In this document: positions 29,666 to 39,743 of the stretch, in pieces
Position numbering within the stretch: position 1 is the stretch's first letter
Layout: every line of letters begins with the position of its first letter
Source of the DNA: an uncultured delta proteobacterium
Lineage (GTDB): Bacteria; Myxococcota_A; Polyangia; Polyangiales; Polyangiaceae
Direction: 5' to 3'
NCBI GenBank assembly: GCA_963782055.1
Contig: CAWAIF010000003.1
Span: forward strand, 1,216,001-1,280,000
DNA length: 64,000 nt
The notes under the pieces: model-generated
The model's database searches: none
What the model saw: only the letters and a program-made list of their open reading frames with translations
What the model was told of the DNA's origin: nothing
Position numbers and translations under genes: made by a program

Positions 29666-31747
29666 ATGCCCCGGTTTCGCGCGCGTGTCGCAGCGTCCCT
29701 CCTGGCCCTGGCCACGTGCGCGCTCGCGCCCGCCGCCGGCGCCGTGGGGACTCGCACCTTCGACCTGGACACGCTGGACGAGCTCTCCGGCGGGGACCTC
29801 AAGGCGGTGGCGGTGGGGTCCGACGGCGTCGTCCGCGCCGGCTTCGTCCTCGGCAACGTGCCGGTGGGGGACGCCACCACGGTGCACTCCGCGCTCGCGC
29901 TCGCCGACGGCAGCGGCGTCCTGGTCGGCACCGGTCCGGGCGGCAAGGTCTTCGAGCTCGCGGGCGACAAGGCGACCCTCTTCGCCGACACCAAGCAGAT
30001 GGCGGTCACCGCCCTCGCGCAGGATGCGCACGGAAACGTGTATGCTGCAACTGTCGGGGACAACCACGTCTATCGCCTCACGCGGGGCAAGGCGGAGGTC
30101 TTCGCCACGCTGCCCGACGTCTCGCACGTGCTGGCGCTCGCCGTGGGCCGCGCGGGGACCACGCTGTTCGCGGCGGCCGGGCCGGACGGCCGCGTCTTTC
30201 GCATCAACGCCGCCGGGCAGGCGGAGGTCTTCTTCAAGAGCAGCGAGCCCGACCTCGTGTCGCTCGCCGTGGCCCCCAACGGGGACGTGCTCGCCGGCTC
30301 GAGCGGCAAGGCGCTCCTGTACCGCATCACCGCGGCCGGCCACGCGACGGTGATGTACGACTTCCCCGGCGACGAGGTGCAGGGCATCGCCGCGCGGCCC
30401 GACGGCACCATCTTCGCCATCGCCAACGAGTTCGGCGACCCGCCGGACGTCCCGCACCACAGCGCGAGCGCCACGCGCAGCCCGGCGAGCCCGACGTCCA
30501 CGACGCCGCGGACCAAGCCGGGGAAGGGATCGCTCTGGCGCTTCGACCCGCAGGGCCGGCCCGAGCGCATGATGCACCACGACGAGTTCCACTACACCGC
30601 GCTCGCCCTGGACGACGCCGGCCAGCCGTACGTCGGCACCGGCGCGGAGGGGCGCGTCTACACGGTGGACGACGCCCACACCATCACCCTGGTGGCCGAC
30701 ACCGACGAGCGGCAGATCGCCGCCCTCTCCCTGCACGGCCTGCCGAAGAACGCCGCGCGCCCGGGCGTCGGCGCGTTCCTCGTCTCCAGCGACGGCGCGG
30801 TCTTCCACCGCATCCTCGGCAAGGGCGGCGCCGACGCCGTGTGGACGAGCAAGGTGTTCGACGCCGGTCTGCGCGCGCACTTCGGCGTCCTCTCCTGGCG
30901 GTCGACGGGTCCGCTGGAGATCTCGACGCGCACGGGGAACACCTCCGACCCGGACACCACCTGGAGCGCCTGGAGCACGCCGATGGTCGGCGCCAGCGGC
31001 CGGGTGACGAGCCCCGCGGCGCGCTTCTTCCAGGTGCGCGCCCGCTGGTCGCGGGCGCCCAACGCCGAGCTGTCGGAGGTGCGCGTACCCTTCGTCACCG
31101 ACAACCTGCGCGCGGTGGTGACCGAGGTGAGCGCCGAGCCGAAGTCGGGCACCCCGAGCGACAAGGAAGGCCTGCAGGAGAGCGGCGGCGCGCTGCCCAA
31201 GCACGACAGCGTGCTGAAGGTGACGTGGAAGGTGGACAACCCCGACTCCGACCAGCTCCGCTACCGGCTCTACTATCGCCTGGAGACCGAGCGCGCCTGG
31301 CGGGCGATGCTGCGCACCGACGAGATCGTCACCAAGACCACCTACGACTGGGACACCGCCACGCTGCCGGAGGGCAAGTACCGCGTCCGCGTCGAGGCGA
31401 GCGACGAGATGGCGAACCCGCCTTCGGACGTGCAGCGCCACGCGCTGGACTCGCGCACGGTGCTCGTCGACAACACACCGCCGGTGTTCGCGCAGCTCGC
31501 GCTGGCCGGCCGGCGCCTCACCGCGCGCGTGGTGGACGGAGTGGGTCCCGTCGCGCGGCTGGAGGTGTCGATCGACGGCCAGGACGAGTGGCGTCCGGTC
31601 GTGCCGGTGGACGGCGTCTTCGACTCGGCGACCGAGTCCTTCGCGGCCGACGTCTCGGCCATCGTACCCACGGGGTCCCACATCGTCGCCGTGCGCGCCT
31701 TCGACGCCGCAGGCAACGCGGTGATCAAGAACCTCGAAGCCCGCTGA
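29666..31747 (+). CDS. Secreted beta-propeller protein with C-terminal FN3/Ig-like domains
   Basis: Signal peptide; repeated blades (ALA.D..GN.Y.GTG..G.V[FY]); VTWKVDNPDSDQLRYRLYY, WDTATLPEGKYRVRVEASD, VDNTPP, VRAFDAAGN. Confidence 0.8.
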   Translation: MPRFRARVAASLLALATCALAPAAGAVGTRTFDLDTLDELSGGDLKAVAVGSDGVVRAGFVLGNVPVGDATTVHSALALADGSGVLVGTGPGGKVFELAGDKATLFADTKQMAVTALAQDAHGNVYAATVGDNHVYRLTRGKAEVFATLPDVSHVLALAVGRAGTTLFAAAGPDGRVFRINAAGQAEVFFKSSEPDLVSLAVAPNGDVLAGSSGKALLYRITAAGHATVMYDFPGDEVQGIAARPDGTIFAIANEFGDPPDVPHHSASATRSPASPTSTTPRTKPGKGSLWRFDPQGRPERMMHHDEFHYTALALDDAGQPYVGTGAEGRVYTVDDAHTITLVADTDERQIAALSLHGLPKNAARPGVGAFLVSSDGAVFHRILGKGGADAVWTSKVFDAGLRAHFGVLSWRSTGPLEISTRTGNTSDPDTTWSAWSTPMVGASGRVTSPAARFFQVRARWSRAPNAELSEVRVPFVTDNLRAVVTEVSAEPKSGTPSDKEGLQESGGALPKHDSVLKVTWKVDNPDSDQLRYRLYYRLETERAWRAMLRTDEIVTKTTYDWDTATLPEGKYRVRVEASDEMANPPSDVQRHALDSRTVLVDNTPPVFAQLALAGRRLTARVVDGVGPVARLEVSIDGQDEWRPVVPVDGVFDSATESFAADVSAIVPTGSHIVAVRAFDAAGNAVIKNLEAR

Positions 31748-31951
31748 GGGACTGCCGTGCCACGCGGGCGCCAGAGCTGCGCCCACCGCGACACCGGTGC
31801 CACACCCGCCGCCGCCAAAAGTGTGGCGGAGGTCGCGTTTTGTGCGAGCATGTTGGAGACGGCACGCTCCGTGTAATGCAAGCACCAAGGCGGTCCCGCC
31901 CACCTGGCTCGACCGCTGAATCGCACCACACAACGGACCGTCTTCTTCCTC

Positions 31952-32815
31952 ATGCCTCGCCTACGTTTCCTCGGCCTCCTTACAGGCGCTGCGCTCGTGA
32001 CGGCCCTCCTCGCGAGCGGCTGCGGGCTGGCGAGCCTGACCTCCGCCGGCATCGGCGGGGACGGCGGGGGCTACGACGCCGGGGGCATGGATGTGGCGGC
32101 CGACGGCGCCACCCTCACGCCGGACGCCGGCGTTCTGCCCCCCAAGGGCAACACTCTCTGCCACGACGACCCGAGCACCTGCATGCCGGACAAGGCGGGG
32201 TGCGCGCTGCCCGAAGACGCCGGCGTCAGCTCCACGGCCGACGCCGGGGATGCCGGGCCGGGCAGCGCGTGCCGGGTGATGCTGGGCGACGCCAGCACCG
32301 CCGCGCCGGTGTGCGGCGTCGCGGGGCAGAACCAGGACGGCGAGCCATGCACCACCGGCGACGACTGCGCTGCCGGCTTCGAGTGCGTGGGGTCCCCCGG
32401 TCGCTGCCGCCACTACTGCTGCGACTCGAGCGCGTGTGCCACGCTGGACAACGGCAACACGCTGAAGAAGCACTTCTGCGACGTGGCGTCGGAGGCGGAG
32501 CACACCAACGTGAAGGTGCCGGTGTGCCAGGTGGTGCAGCCGTGCACGCTGCTCGCTGGCGGGTGCGATCAGGGCTTCACCTGCGCGCTCGTCGACATCA
32601 ACGACGGCACGACGAGCTGCGTCCCCCTCGGCCCGGCGAAGGCCGGCCAGGAGTGCGGCGCGGAGCACTGCGGCAGGGACCTGAGCTGCATCGGCGAGGG
32701 GCAGGCGGCGACGTGCCAGCAGCTCTGCGACAACTACCACCCGTGCCCGGGCGACCAGCAGTGCATGTCGTCGTGGCCGAGCTTGAAGCAGCTGGGCGTG
32801 GGCATCTGCCAGTGA
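31952..32815 (+). CDS. Cys-rich lipoprotein
   Basis: Lipobox LASGC, DAG-rich linker, many Cys (GEPCTTGDDCAAGFEC, CQQLC). Confidence 0.75.
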   Translation: MPRLRFLGLLTGAALVTALLASGCGLASLTSAGIGGDGGGYDAGGMDVAADGATLTPDAGVLPPKGNTLCHDDPSTCMPDKAGCALPEDAGVSSTADAGDAGPGSACRVMLGDASTAAPVCGVAGQNQDGEPCTTGDDCAAGFECVGSPGRCRHYCCDSSACATLDNGNTLKKHFCDVASEAEHTNVKVPVCQVVQPCTLLAGGCDQGFTCALVDINDGTTSCVPLGPAKAGQECGAEHCGRDLSCIGEGQAATCQQLCDNYHPCPGDQQCMSSWPSLKQLGVGICQ

Positions 32816-32829
32816 CGTCGGCTGTCGCG

Positions 32830-32850
32830 GGGGCGGCACGCGCCGCCCCG
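32830..32850. repeat. Palindromic REP-like repeat, second copy
   Basis: ggggcggcacgcgccgccccg is the exact reverse complement of 26037-26057; lies between convergent genes. Confidence 0.65.
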
Positions 32851-32896
32851 CCCTCATGAAGTGAGTTCCTTGATGGGGTCGGGGGGGGGTGAGGCG

Positions 32897-34717
32897 TCAC
32901 TTCGGGACGGGGACGACCACGACGGTGTTGATCGGCTGGACGCTCATGCCGGCCGGGTAACCGTAGCTGACCGCCTGCGTGTAGAAGTTCGTCGTCGCCG
33001 CGGAGCCCCAGCCCCACACGGTGACACCGAAGGTGCCGTCGCTCTTGATGTCGTGGCGGCCGTTGTCACACTTGCCCACCTTGGCGAAGTTGCCGGTGAC
33101 CAGGTCGATCCGCGTGTACTCGTAATCGCCGGCGGAGCCGACGGGCTGCCAGCCCGTGAGCGTGCCGGCGCAGTCCAGCGTGACGTCCTTGAAGGTGGCG
33201 TCCTTCGCCTTGCGGCGCACCACCACCAGGTGCGTCTCGGAGTACGTCGGGTCGGTGAAGAAGGTGTAGTGGTCCAGGTACTGGAGCGCCGGCACCACGT
33301 TGACGAACTCGGGATCGCCGCGGCAGTCGGAGCCGCTCCAGTACGGGGTGCAGCCCGTCATGTACTGCGCGACGTAGAAGGGATGCTTGTCGTCCTGGCT
33401 CTTGACCACGTACGGGCCGGTGCCCTGGAACTCTGCGAGCTGGCCGACGTCCAGCGTGGTGGGCGCGCCCGGAGGCGTCGACGGCTCCCAGGTGAGCTGC
33501 GTCCCCTTGACCGCACCCACCAGTCGCCACGGCGGCGACTCGTCCTTCCCGCTGTAGCGGTTGCGATAGCGAACGAGCACGTACTCGCTGCCGAGCGCCT
33601 TGACCGGCGGGATCTGCTGGTGCGCGCCGTCACACGCCTGCGCGGTCGTCGGCACGTCCATGCACGACGTCCCACCGAAGAAGCCGATGGGCTTGGTGGC
33701 CTGGATGGGCGAGCCGGTGAGCTCCGCCTGCTGGTAGAACTCCAGGAACTGGCCCTTGTTGAGGCTGTAGGTGTGAGGCACGCCCTGGCCGGTCGGCGCC
33801 ACGCCGTTGCCGCCGACGATGGCGGCCGTCGGGCTGATGGTGACGTCGGTGTTGTCCTCCGAGGCGACGATCATCGACCACGGCTGCGACCACGTCTGAC
33901 CGACGCTCTTGTACGCGTCCGCCGCGATGTAGTTGGTGTCCCACGCGGTGGTGGGAAGCAAGAGGGTGGCGCTGGTGATGGCGCTGTTGCCCCCGCCGTA
34001 CGGGTAGATGTCGTAGGCGACGACGGGTGCGCTGGTGGACAGGTGGAACGCCTGCCCGATGCCGGAGCCGTGGAGCGTCGGGTCGGTCTGCATCGCCGGC
34101 GTCACCGTGTTCGGGCAAGGCGAGAGGGTGCCGCCGGGGCCCTGCGAGAGGAAGACGATGGCGACCTGGCCGGCGGGGAGCTGCCCGTTCGGCAGCGCGG
34201 TGTAGGTGATGGATTGCCCGTTGCCGGAGGGGATGCGCGCCGCGCTCGCGATGTCGAGGGTGGAGCCGCCGCGTTCGAGGCCCAGCGTGATGGGAGAGCC
34301 CCACGTGTTGGCGACGAAGGTGGCGAAGCAGTTGCCAGCCCAGTTGGCGTAGCTCGCGTCCGGCGCGGGGATCCAGTAGTCGCAGCCGATGGTGGTCTTG
34401 TTCGCCTCGGCGGCCTTGCATGCGTCCACGCACTTCCCGCCGGCGCAGCCCTGGGTGTTGGGGCAGGTGGTGATGACCTTGTCGTTGCAGTCGACCACCG
34501 AGTGAAGGTCGCTGGAGCAGTGCAGGTCGCAGGACAATCCGTCGCCCGAGGCGTCGTTGGGGAAGAAGGGGTTCGCGTCGTCGGGGGGCGTCGTGGCGTC
34601 GCTCACGGCGCCGTCGGCGCCGCCATCGACGCCGAAGCCGGAGCCGTCGGAGCCACCGCAGGCAACGAGGAGCAAGGAGGCGAGGGAGAGGACGGCGGGA
34701 AGGAAGCGACGGCGCAT
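32897..34717 (-). CDS. IgGFc-binding-domain lipoprotein
   Basis: Lipobox LVAC; TIGCDYW, SATLLLPTTAWDTNY, IVASEDNTDV, QQIPPVKALGSEY, GDPEFV, SYGYPAG. Confidence 0.85.
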   Translation of the reverse strand: MRRRFLPAVLSLASLLLVACGGSDGSGFGVDGGADGAVSDATTPPDDANPFFPNDASGDGLSCDLHCSSDLHSVVDCNDKVITTCPNTQGCAGGKCVDACKAAEANKTTIGCDYWIPAPDASYANWAGNCFATFVANTWGSPITLGLERGGSTLDIASAARIPSGNGQSITYTALPNGQLPAGQVAIVFLSQGPGGTLSPCPNTVTPAMQTDPTLHGSGIGQAFHLSTSAPVVAYDIYPYGGGNSAITSATLLLPTTAWDTNYIAADAYKSVGQTWSQPWSMIVASEDNTDVTISPTAAIVGGNGVAPTGQGVPHTYSLNKGQFLEFYQQAELTGSPIQATKPIGFFGGTSCMDVPTTAQACDGAHQQIPPVKALGSEYVLVRYRNRYSGKDESPPWRLVGAVKGTQLTWEPSTPPGAPTTLDVGQLAEFQGTGPYVVKSQDDKHPFYVAQYMTGCTPYWSGSDCRGDPEFVNVVPALQYLDHYTFFTDPTYSETHLVVVRRKAKDATFKDVTLDCAGTLTGWQPVGSAGDYEYTRIDLVTGNFAKVGKCDNGRHDIKSDGTFGVTVWGWGSAATTNFYTQAVSYGYPAGMSVQPINTVVVVPVPK

Positions 34718-34806
34718 CGTCGCATTGTAGGCCGCGAGCCGACGCCATCCAAGCATCGCCCCCCGGCCACGCCTTCCAGGTGGCCACGCCTCCATCGGTG
34801 TGCGTG

Positions 34807-35082
34807 CTAACGGTTCGACGGTTGGCGGCCGGTCTCGATGGGTGGGGGGTCGCCGCGCGTGGGGAAGGGCTCGAGCGGGCCCGCGCCCGGCGGGAGGCAC
34901 GCCACGATGGGCAGGTGGTCCTTCCCGAAGATGTAGGTGCATCCGGCCGACAGCGGCGTCCCCTGCGGCTGTCCGGCGTCGGCGGCAGACCCCTGGAAGG
35001 TGCCAGTCGGCGGCGGCGGATCATCCTCCACGGCCACCGCGCACCCCGTGAGCATCAGCAACAGCACAAGATACAGCTTCAC
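34807..35082 (-). CDS. Small hypothetical lipoprotein (91 aa)
   Basis: GTG start with GAGGT RBS; MKLYLVLLLMLTGC lipobox. Confidence 0.55.
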   Translation of the reverse strand: MKLYLVLLLMLTGCAVAVEDDPPPPTGTFQGSAADAGQPQGTPLSAGCTYIFGKDHLPIVACLPPGAGPLEPFPTRGDPPPIETGRQPSNR

Positions 35083-35436
35083 GACTACCTCGCTTTCGGG
35101 GTGCTTCGGCCTCCTCCCCCCACGCCGGTGCGGGTCACGCGTCACTTCCGCGCCGATGGTCCAGGTACCTTCATCGACCGTGCCACGCGCGATTCGCGCC
35201 GGGCGAGGCGAACAAACCGGCGGCAGATCGGGGCGATGCCGCTCGGCGGCAGGGATGGCGAACCGGCGCGTCGGGCCGCAGACCGCAGTGGCTGCGTCGC
35301 ACCGCACCGTGTGCAGAAGTGCCCCGGCGTACCTCGCAGGGGTGGCCCGGGACAGTCAGGGGGACACCCCTGACAGGGCCGCAAGCGGCCTTTCCCGGCG
35401 TTCTGGCGCGGCACTCCGCGTGCACTACGGCTCGGG

Positions 35437-36141
35437 ATGCAGACCGACCATGGCGAAGGACCGCGCGAGCGCGCGCGGCAGCGGCCCCCCGGCGACCTCA
35501 GCGACGCAGAGCTCCTCGCGCTCCTGCTCGGCACGGGCTCCCGCGGGGAGTCGGTGGAGCAGCTCGCGGTGGCCGTCCTGGCCGAGCACGGCGGCCTGCG
35601 CGGCGTGGCGCGCGCGGGCGTGGGCGCGCTCTGCGCGAGGCCCGGCGTGGGCGAGGTGAAGGGCCTGCGCGTGGTCGCCGCCGTGGAGCTCGGGCGTCGC
35701 GTCGCCGCGGAGCCTGCCGCGCTCGGGTGGCTGCCGGACAGCCGCGCGGTGCACGCGTGGGCGCAGGGCACCCTCACCGCGCTGGAGCACGAGGAGCTGT
35801 GGCTCCTCGCGCTGGACGGGCAGAACCGCATGCGCGCGGCGCGTCGCGTGGCGGTGGGCGGCCTCCACGGCCTCCACGTCTCGGTGCGCGATCCGCTGCG
35901 CATCGCCCTGCGGGAGGGGGCGAGCGCGTTCGTCCTGGTGCACAACCACCCGAGCGGCGATCCCTCGCCCAGCCGGGAGGACCTGCACTTCACCGAGCAG
36001 GTCGCCGCAGCGGCGGAGCTGCTCGCGACGCCGCTGGTCGATCACGTGGTCGTCGTGCCCGCCGGCTATCGCTCCCTTCTGGACGACGGCCTGCTCGCCG
36101 TCTCCCCCTCCGGTCCGCGCCGTGTCAGCCGAAGAGGGTGA
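35437..36141 (+). CDS. radC: RadC family JAB-domain protein
   Basis: PRER..LSDAELLALLLGTG, HhH GVGEVK, AAVELGRR, HEELW, JAB motif HNHPSGDPSPSRED, LVDHVVV. Confidence 0.92.
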   Translation: MQTDHGEGPRERARQRPPGDLSDAELLALLLGTGSRGESVEQLAVAVLAEHGGLRGVARAGVGALCARPGVGEVKGLRVVAAVELGRRVAAEPAALGWLPDSRAVHAWAQGTLTALEHEELWLLALDGQNRMRAARRVAVGGLHGLHVSVRDPLRIALREGASAFVLVHNHPSGDPSPSREDLHFTEQVAAAAELLATPLVDHVVVVPAGYRSLLDDGLLAVSPSGPRRVSRRG

Positions 36142-39100
36142 GCTGTCGCTTCGCCGGCGCGGGGTGGCACAGCCCGACGTAGCCGCAGTGGATCGCCCGG
36201 CACCGCGCCTCGGGGACGCGCGGGTAGTTCTCGCTCTGCCGGGCGGCGAGGAGCGCCCGCACGTCCGCCTCGATGGCGGCGCGGGCACGCGCCTCGTCCG
36301 GCGCGGCCACGAAGCGCGGCTCCTCCGCGTCCCCTCCGAGGAAGAGCACGCCGGCGCGCACCTTCCGGGCGCCCAGGACCGCCCGCGCGGCGAGCGCGTA
36401 GACGTCCAGCTGCAGCGCGTGCGCCGCGACGCTCGGCCCGCGGGAGCGCTTGTAGTCCACGACGTCGGCGCGTCCGTCCGGCCAGAGCACCACCAGGTCC
36501 ATCACGCCTCGCAGGGTGACGCGTGGCTCCCCCGCCCCCACCTCCAGGGCGAACGGCTCCTCGCGGCGCAGCGCCGCGCCCGCCTCCCGCACGCGCCGCG
36601 CGTAGGCGCCGCGGAGGAACCGGCTCGCGCGCTGCACCACCGGCGCCAGCGCCGGATCGGCGGCGTCCAGCCCCTCGCGCGAGAGCACCTCGGCGATCGC
36701 CTCGCTGGCATCCCCGGCCCCGAAGGCCTGTGTGTCCACGCGCTCGAGCACGCGGTGCGTGAGCACGCCCTCGTCGCGCGCGTCGAGGCCGGCCGGCTCC
36801 GTCGCCTGGGGCGCCGGCTGGGGTCCCCCGCGCCGCGCGCCCTCCGGGAGGTCGAGCAGATGCGCCAGGTAGAAGCGCCGCGGACACAGGGAGAAGTCCT
36901 GCAGCGTGGTCGTCGCCACCGCCACCGCCGCAGCCGTCGCCGGGGTCGGGCCGAGCTCTGCGGCCGGCATGGCGACTGTCGCGGCCCGCCGGAGCGCAGG
37001 CGCCTCCGGGTCGAGAGGCGTCGTCTCGCGCACCTCCATCGCGTCGCCCGCCGGGCCGTCCTCCACCTCGCTCGCCACCGCGCCGAGGCAGCCGCCTCGC
37101 GTCCGGGCGGGGGTGGACTTGGCGTCGCCGACGAGCACCAGCCACGACTCCGCCCGCGTGAGCGCCACGTAGAACAGCCGTCGGCGCTCGGCGCGCGCGC
37201 GTCGCCGGTCCGCCTCCAGCAGCTCCCGGTACGTCGGGCTCTCCTGCGGGTCCCCCTCCAGGTCGAGGAACTTGGTCGCCAGCACCGGCGGGTCGGCGGT
37301 CAGGTCGAGGGCGACGGTGGTGGAGCGCGCGCGCCCCCCGGTGCGCGGCAGGTCGGGGACGATCACCGACGGGGAAGGCGAGCCCCTTGCTCGCGTGCAC
37401 CGTGAGGAGTCGCACCGCGTCGTCGTCCTCGGAGAAGGTGGCGGCCTCCGTCTCGCGCTCGCGCGCCTCCCCGCGTCGCACCTGCTCCAGGAAGGCCTCC
37501 ACGTCCGGCTGGGCGTCGGCGAGCAGAAGCAGCTTGTGCACGTTGGCGATGCGCTGCACCCCACGGGGCATGGCGACCAGCGTGCGCTCCAGCCCCAGCT
37601 CGCTCACCGCCGCACGCAGCACGCCCCCCGGGCCCAGCCGGTGCACGTTGCGCCGCAAGGTGACGAGCACGTCGCGCAGCCGCTCCAGCGCCTCCCGGTC
37701 GGAGGCCCGGAGGAGCGCCGCGCGCGAGCCCGCGCCCCACGCGCCGGGGTCGGTCGCCAGTCCGCGATGCGGCTCGGTCAGCCCGAGCAGCGAGTCGTCG
37801 TGGAGCGCGGCGAAGGGCCCGCGGAGCACGCCGACGAGCGCCACGCGATCGTCCGGGCGCGCCACCGCGCGCAGCATCGCCAGCACGTCCTGCACCTCGC
37901 GCGCGGCGTAGAAGCCGCGACCGGCGACGACGTGTGGCACCGCCGCGCGGGAGAGCGCCCACGCCGCCGCGTCGAGCGTGGCGTTGGACTGGGCCAGCAC
38001 GGCGAAGTCGCGGAAGGCGAGGGGCCCGCCGTCGCGCCGCCGCTCCCCACCCTCCAGCAGCGCGCGGACGGCCTGCACGACGAGCAGCGCGTCGTCGGTG
38101 CGCTCGGTGTCGGCGGCCTTCCCGTCCCTTCGCGCGGGCCGCAGCCACAGCGTGTGGGGGCCGCCATCGGCTTCGGGCGGTGCGCCCGGCGGGACCGAGA
38201 GCTCCTCGGTCTCGGGCACGTAGCGCACCTCGGAGAGGTCGTCGGACTCCGGCACCAGGCACACCGCGCTCGCCGCGTTGACGAACCGCAGCAGCGCGGG
38301 TCCGCTGCGGTGGCTGTGCTTGAGCGCGACGAAGTCCGCCGTGGGCGCCGGCGGGGAGGGGACGGCCCCCGCGGCGATCCCCAGCCCGGCGCGCGCGGCC
38401 TCGCCCGCCAGCTCCACGCACATGGCGGAGAAGACGCCGACGTCGGCGCCGCGGAAGGCGTAGATGGACTGCTTGCGATCGCCCACGACCAGCATGCCGG
38501 ACGGGCGAAAGTCGCCCCACGCCGGCGCGGCGCCCGGCGCCCGCGAGGCGGGGTCGCGCTCCCAGAGCAGCCGGACGATGTCGCACTGCACGCGTGACGT
38601 GTCCTGGAACTCGTCGACCAGCAGCACGTCGTAGCGCGCGGTCACCTCCGCGGCTCGCCTGGGGTGATGGAGCAGGGCGTCGCGGGCGGCTCGCAGCACC
38701 GCGCCGAAGCCGAGCACGCCGGCGCGCGCGTAGGCCTGCCGCAGCGCGCGCTCCCCCTGGGCGAGCACCGCGCGCACCACCCGCGCCGTCGCGGCGGCCT
38801 GGTCGCGCGCCCCCCACGCCCGGCCGAGCGCCTCCCCGCGGGCGTGGTTCGCCCCGGAGCCCGCCTCGTCGCGGAGCTGGAGCAGGTGCTCGACCTCCGC
38901 GCTCAGCTCGCCCCGCGGCTTGCGCACGTCGAACAGCGCCCCCAGCGCCGCGGCGAGCGCGGGCCCATCGCCGGCCGCGTGGGCGCGCACGGCTTCGCCG
39001 GCCGGAACGGCGAAGCGCGGGTCACCGGCCACCCCCCGCGCGGCGTCCACCACTCGCGCCGTGCGCGCCTCGATGCGCGCGGCGTCGTCCGCCACGCACA

Positions 39101-39743
39101 CCGCCTCCGCGCTGCGCCCGTCCTCCTCGAGGCGCGTCAGCAGCTCCACCACCAGGTCCACCCCCCGAACCGAGCCGCGTGCGACGCGCAGGAAATCGCG
39201 CACGGCCTCCGGCTGCTCGCGCGCGACGGCGCCGAGCGCGTCCTCGGCGGCCTCCCTGATCATGCGCTCGCCTTCCTCTTCCCCGGCGAGGCCGAAGCCG
39301 GGGGGGAGCCCCAGCTCGATCGCGTGCGCACGGGCGATCGCGTGGGCGAAGCCGTGCAGCGTCCCGATCTGCGCCCGGCCGATGCCGGCCAGCGCCCTCC
39401 GGGCGGTGTCGCGCACCACCCGCCCTCCGTCCGGCGCGCCGCCGCGCCCGAGCGCCGCGGTGAGCGACGCCGCGTAAGGTGAGGCCTCGCCCCCCGCGAG
39501 GTGCCCGAGCTGGCGCACCACGCGCTCGCGGATCTCCGCGGCCGCCTTGCGCGAGAAGGTCGTCGCCACCACGCGCGCGGGGTCCACCGGCGCGCGGGGC
39601 CCCTCGCCGCCCATCTCGCTCGCGCCGAGCAGCACGTGGAGCAGCACCCCGACGAGCGCGTGCGTCTTGCCGGTGCCGGCGCTCGCGGCGAGCACCAGGT
39701 TCCGGCGAAAGCGAAAGACGTCGTGGGCCGGCGCCGCGCTCAT
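36125..39743 (-). pseudogene. addA: AddA/AdnB-like UvrD helicase with RecB-family nuclease, interrupted by a +1 frameshift near 37366
   Basis: ASAGTGKT, TFSRKAAAE, GTLHGF, LVDEFQDT, VGDRKQSIYAFRGAD and TVHASKGL in one frame. VIVPDL, RRLFYVALTRA, GVLTHRVLE, GVMDLV, VVDYK and QLDVY continue in the next frame. Removing one base from gtc-g-gtg-atc restores FPVVIVPD. May be a sequencing error. Confidence 0.85.

Noticed and set aside
35437..36141. radC as a marker of a mobile element
   Set aside because: It is the full-length chromosomal form with the N-terminal HhH region; no integrase, transposase or compositional shift nearby.
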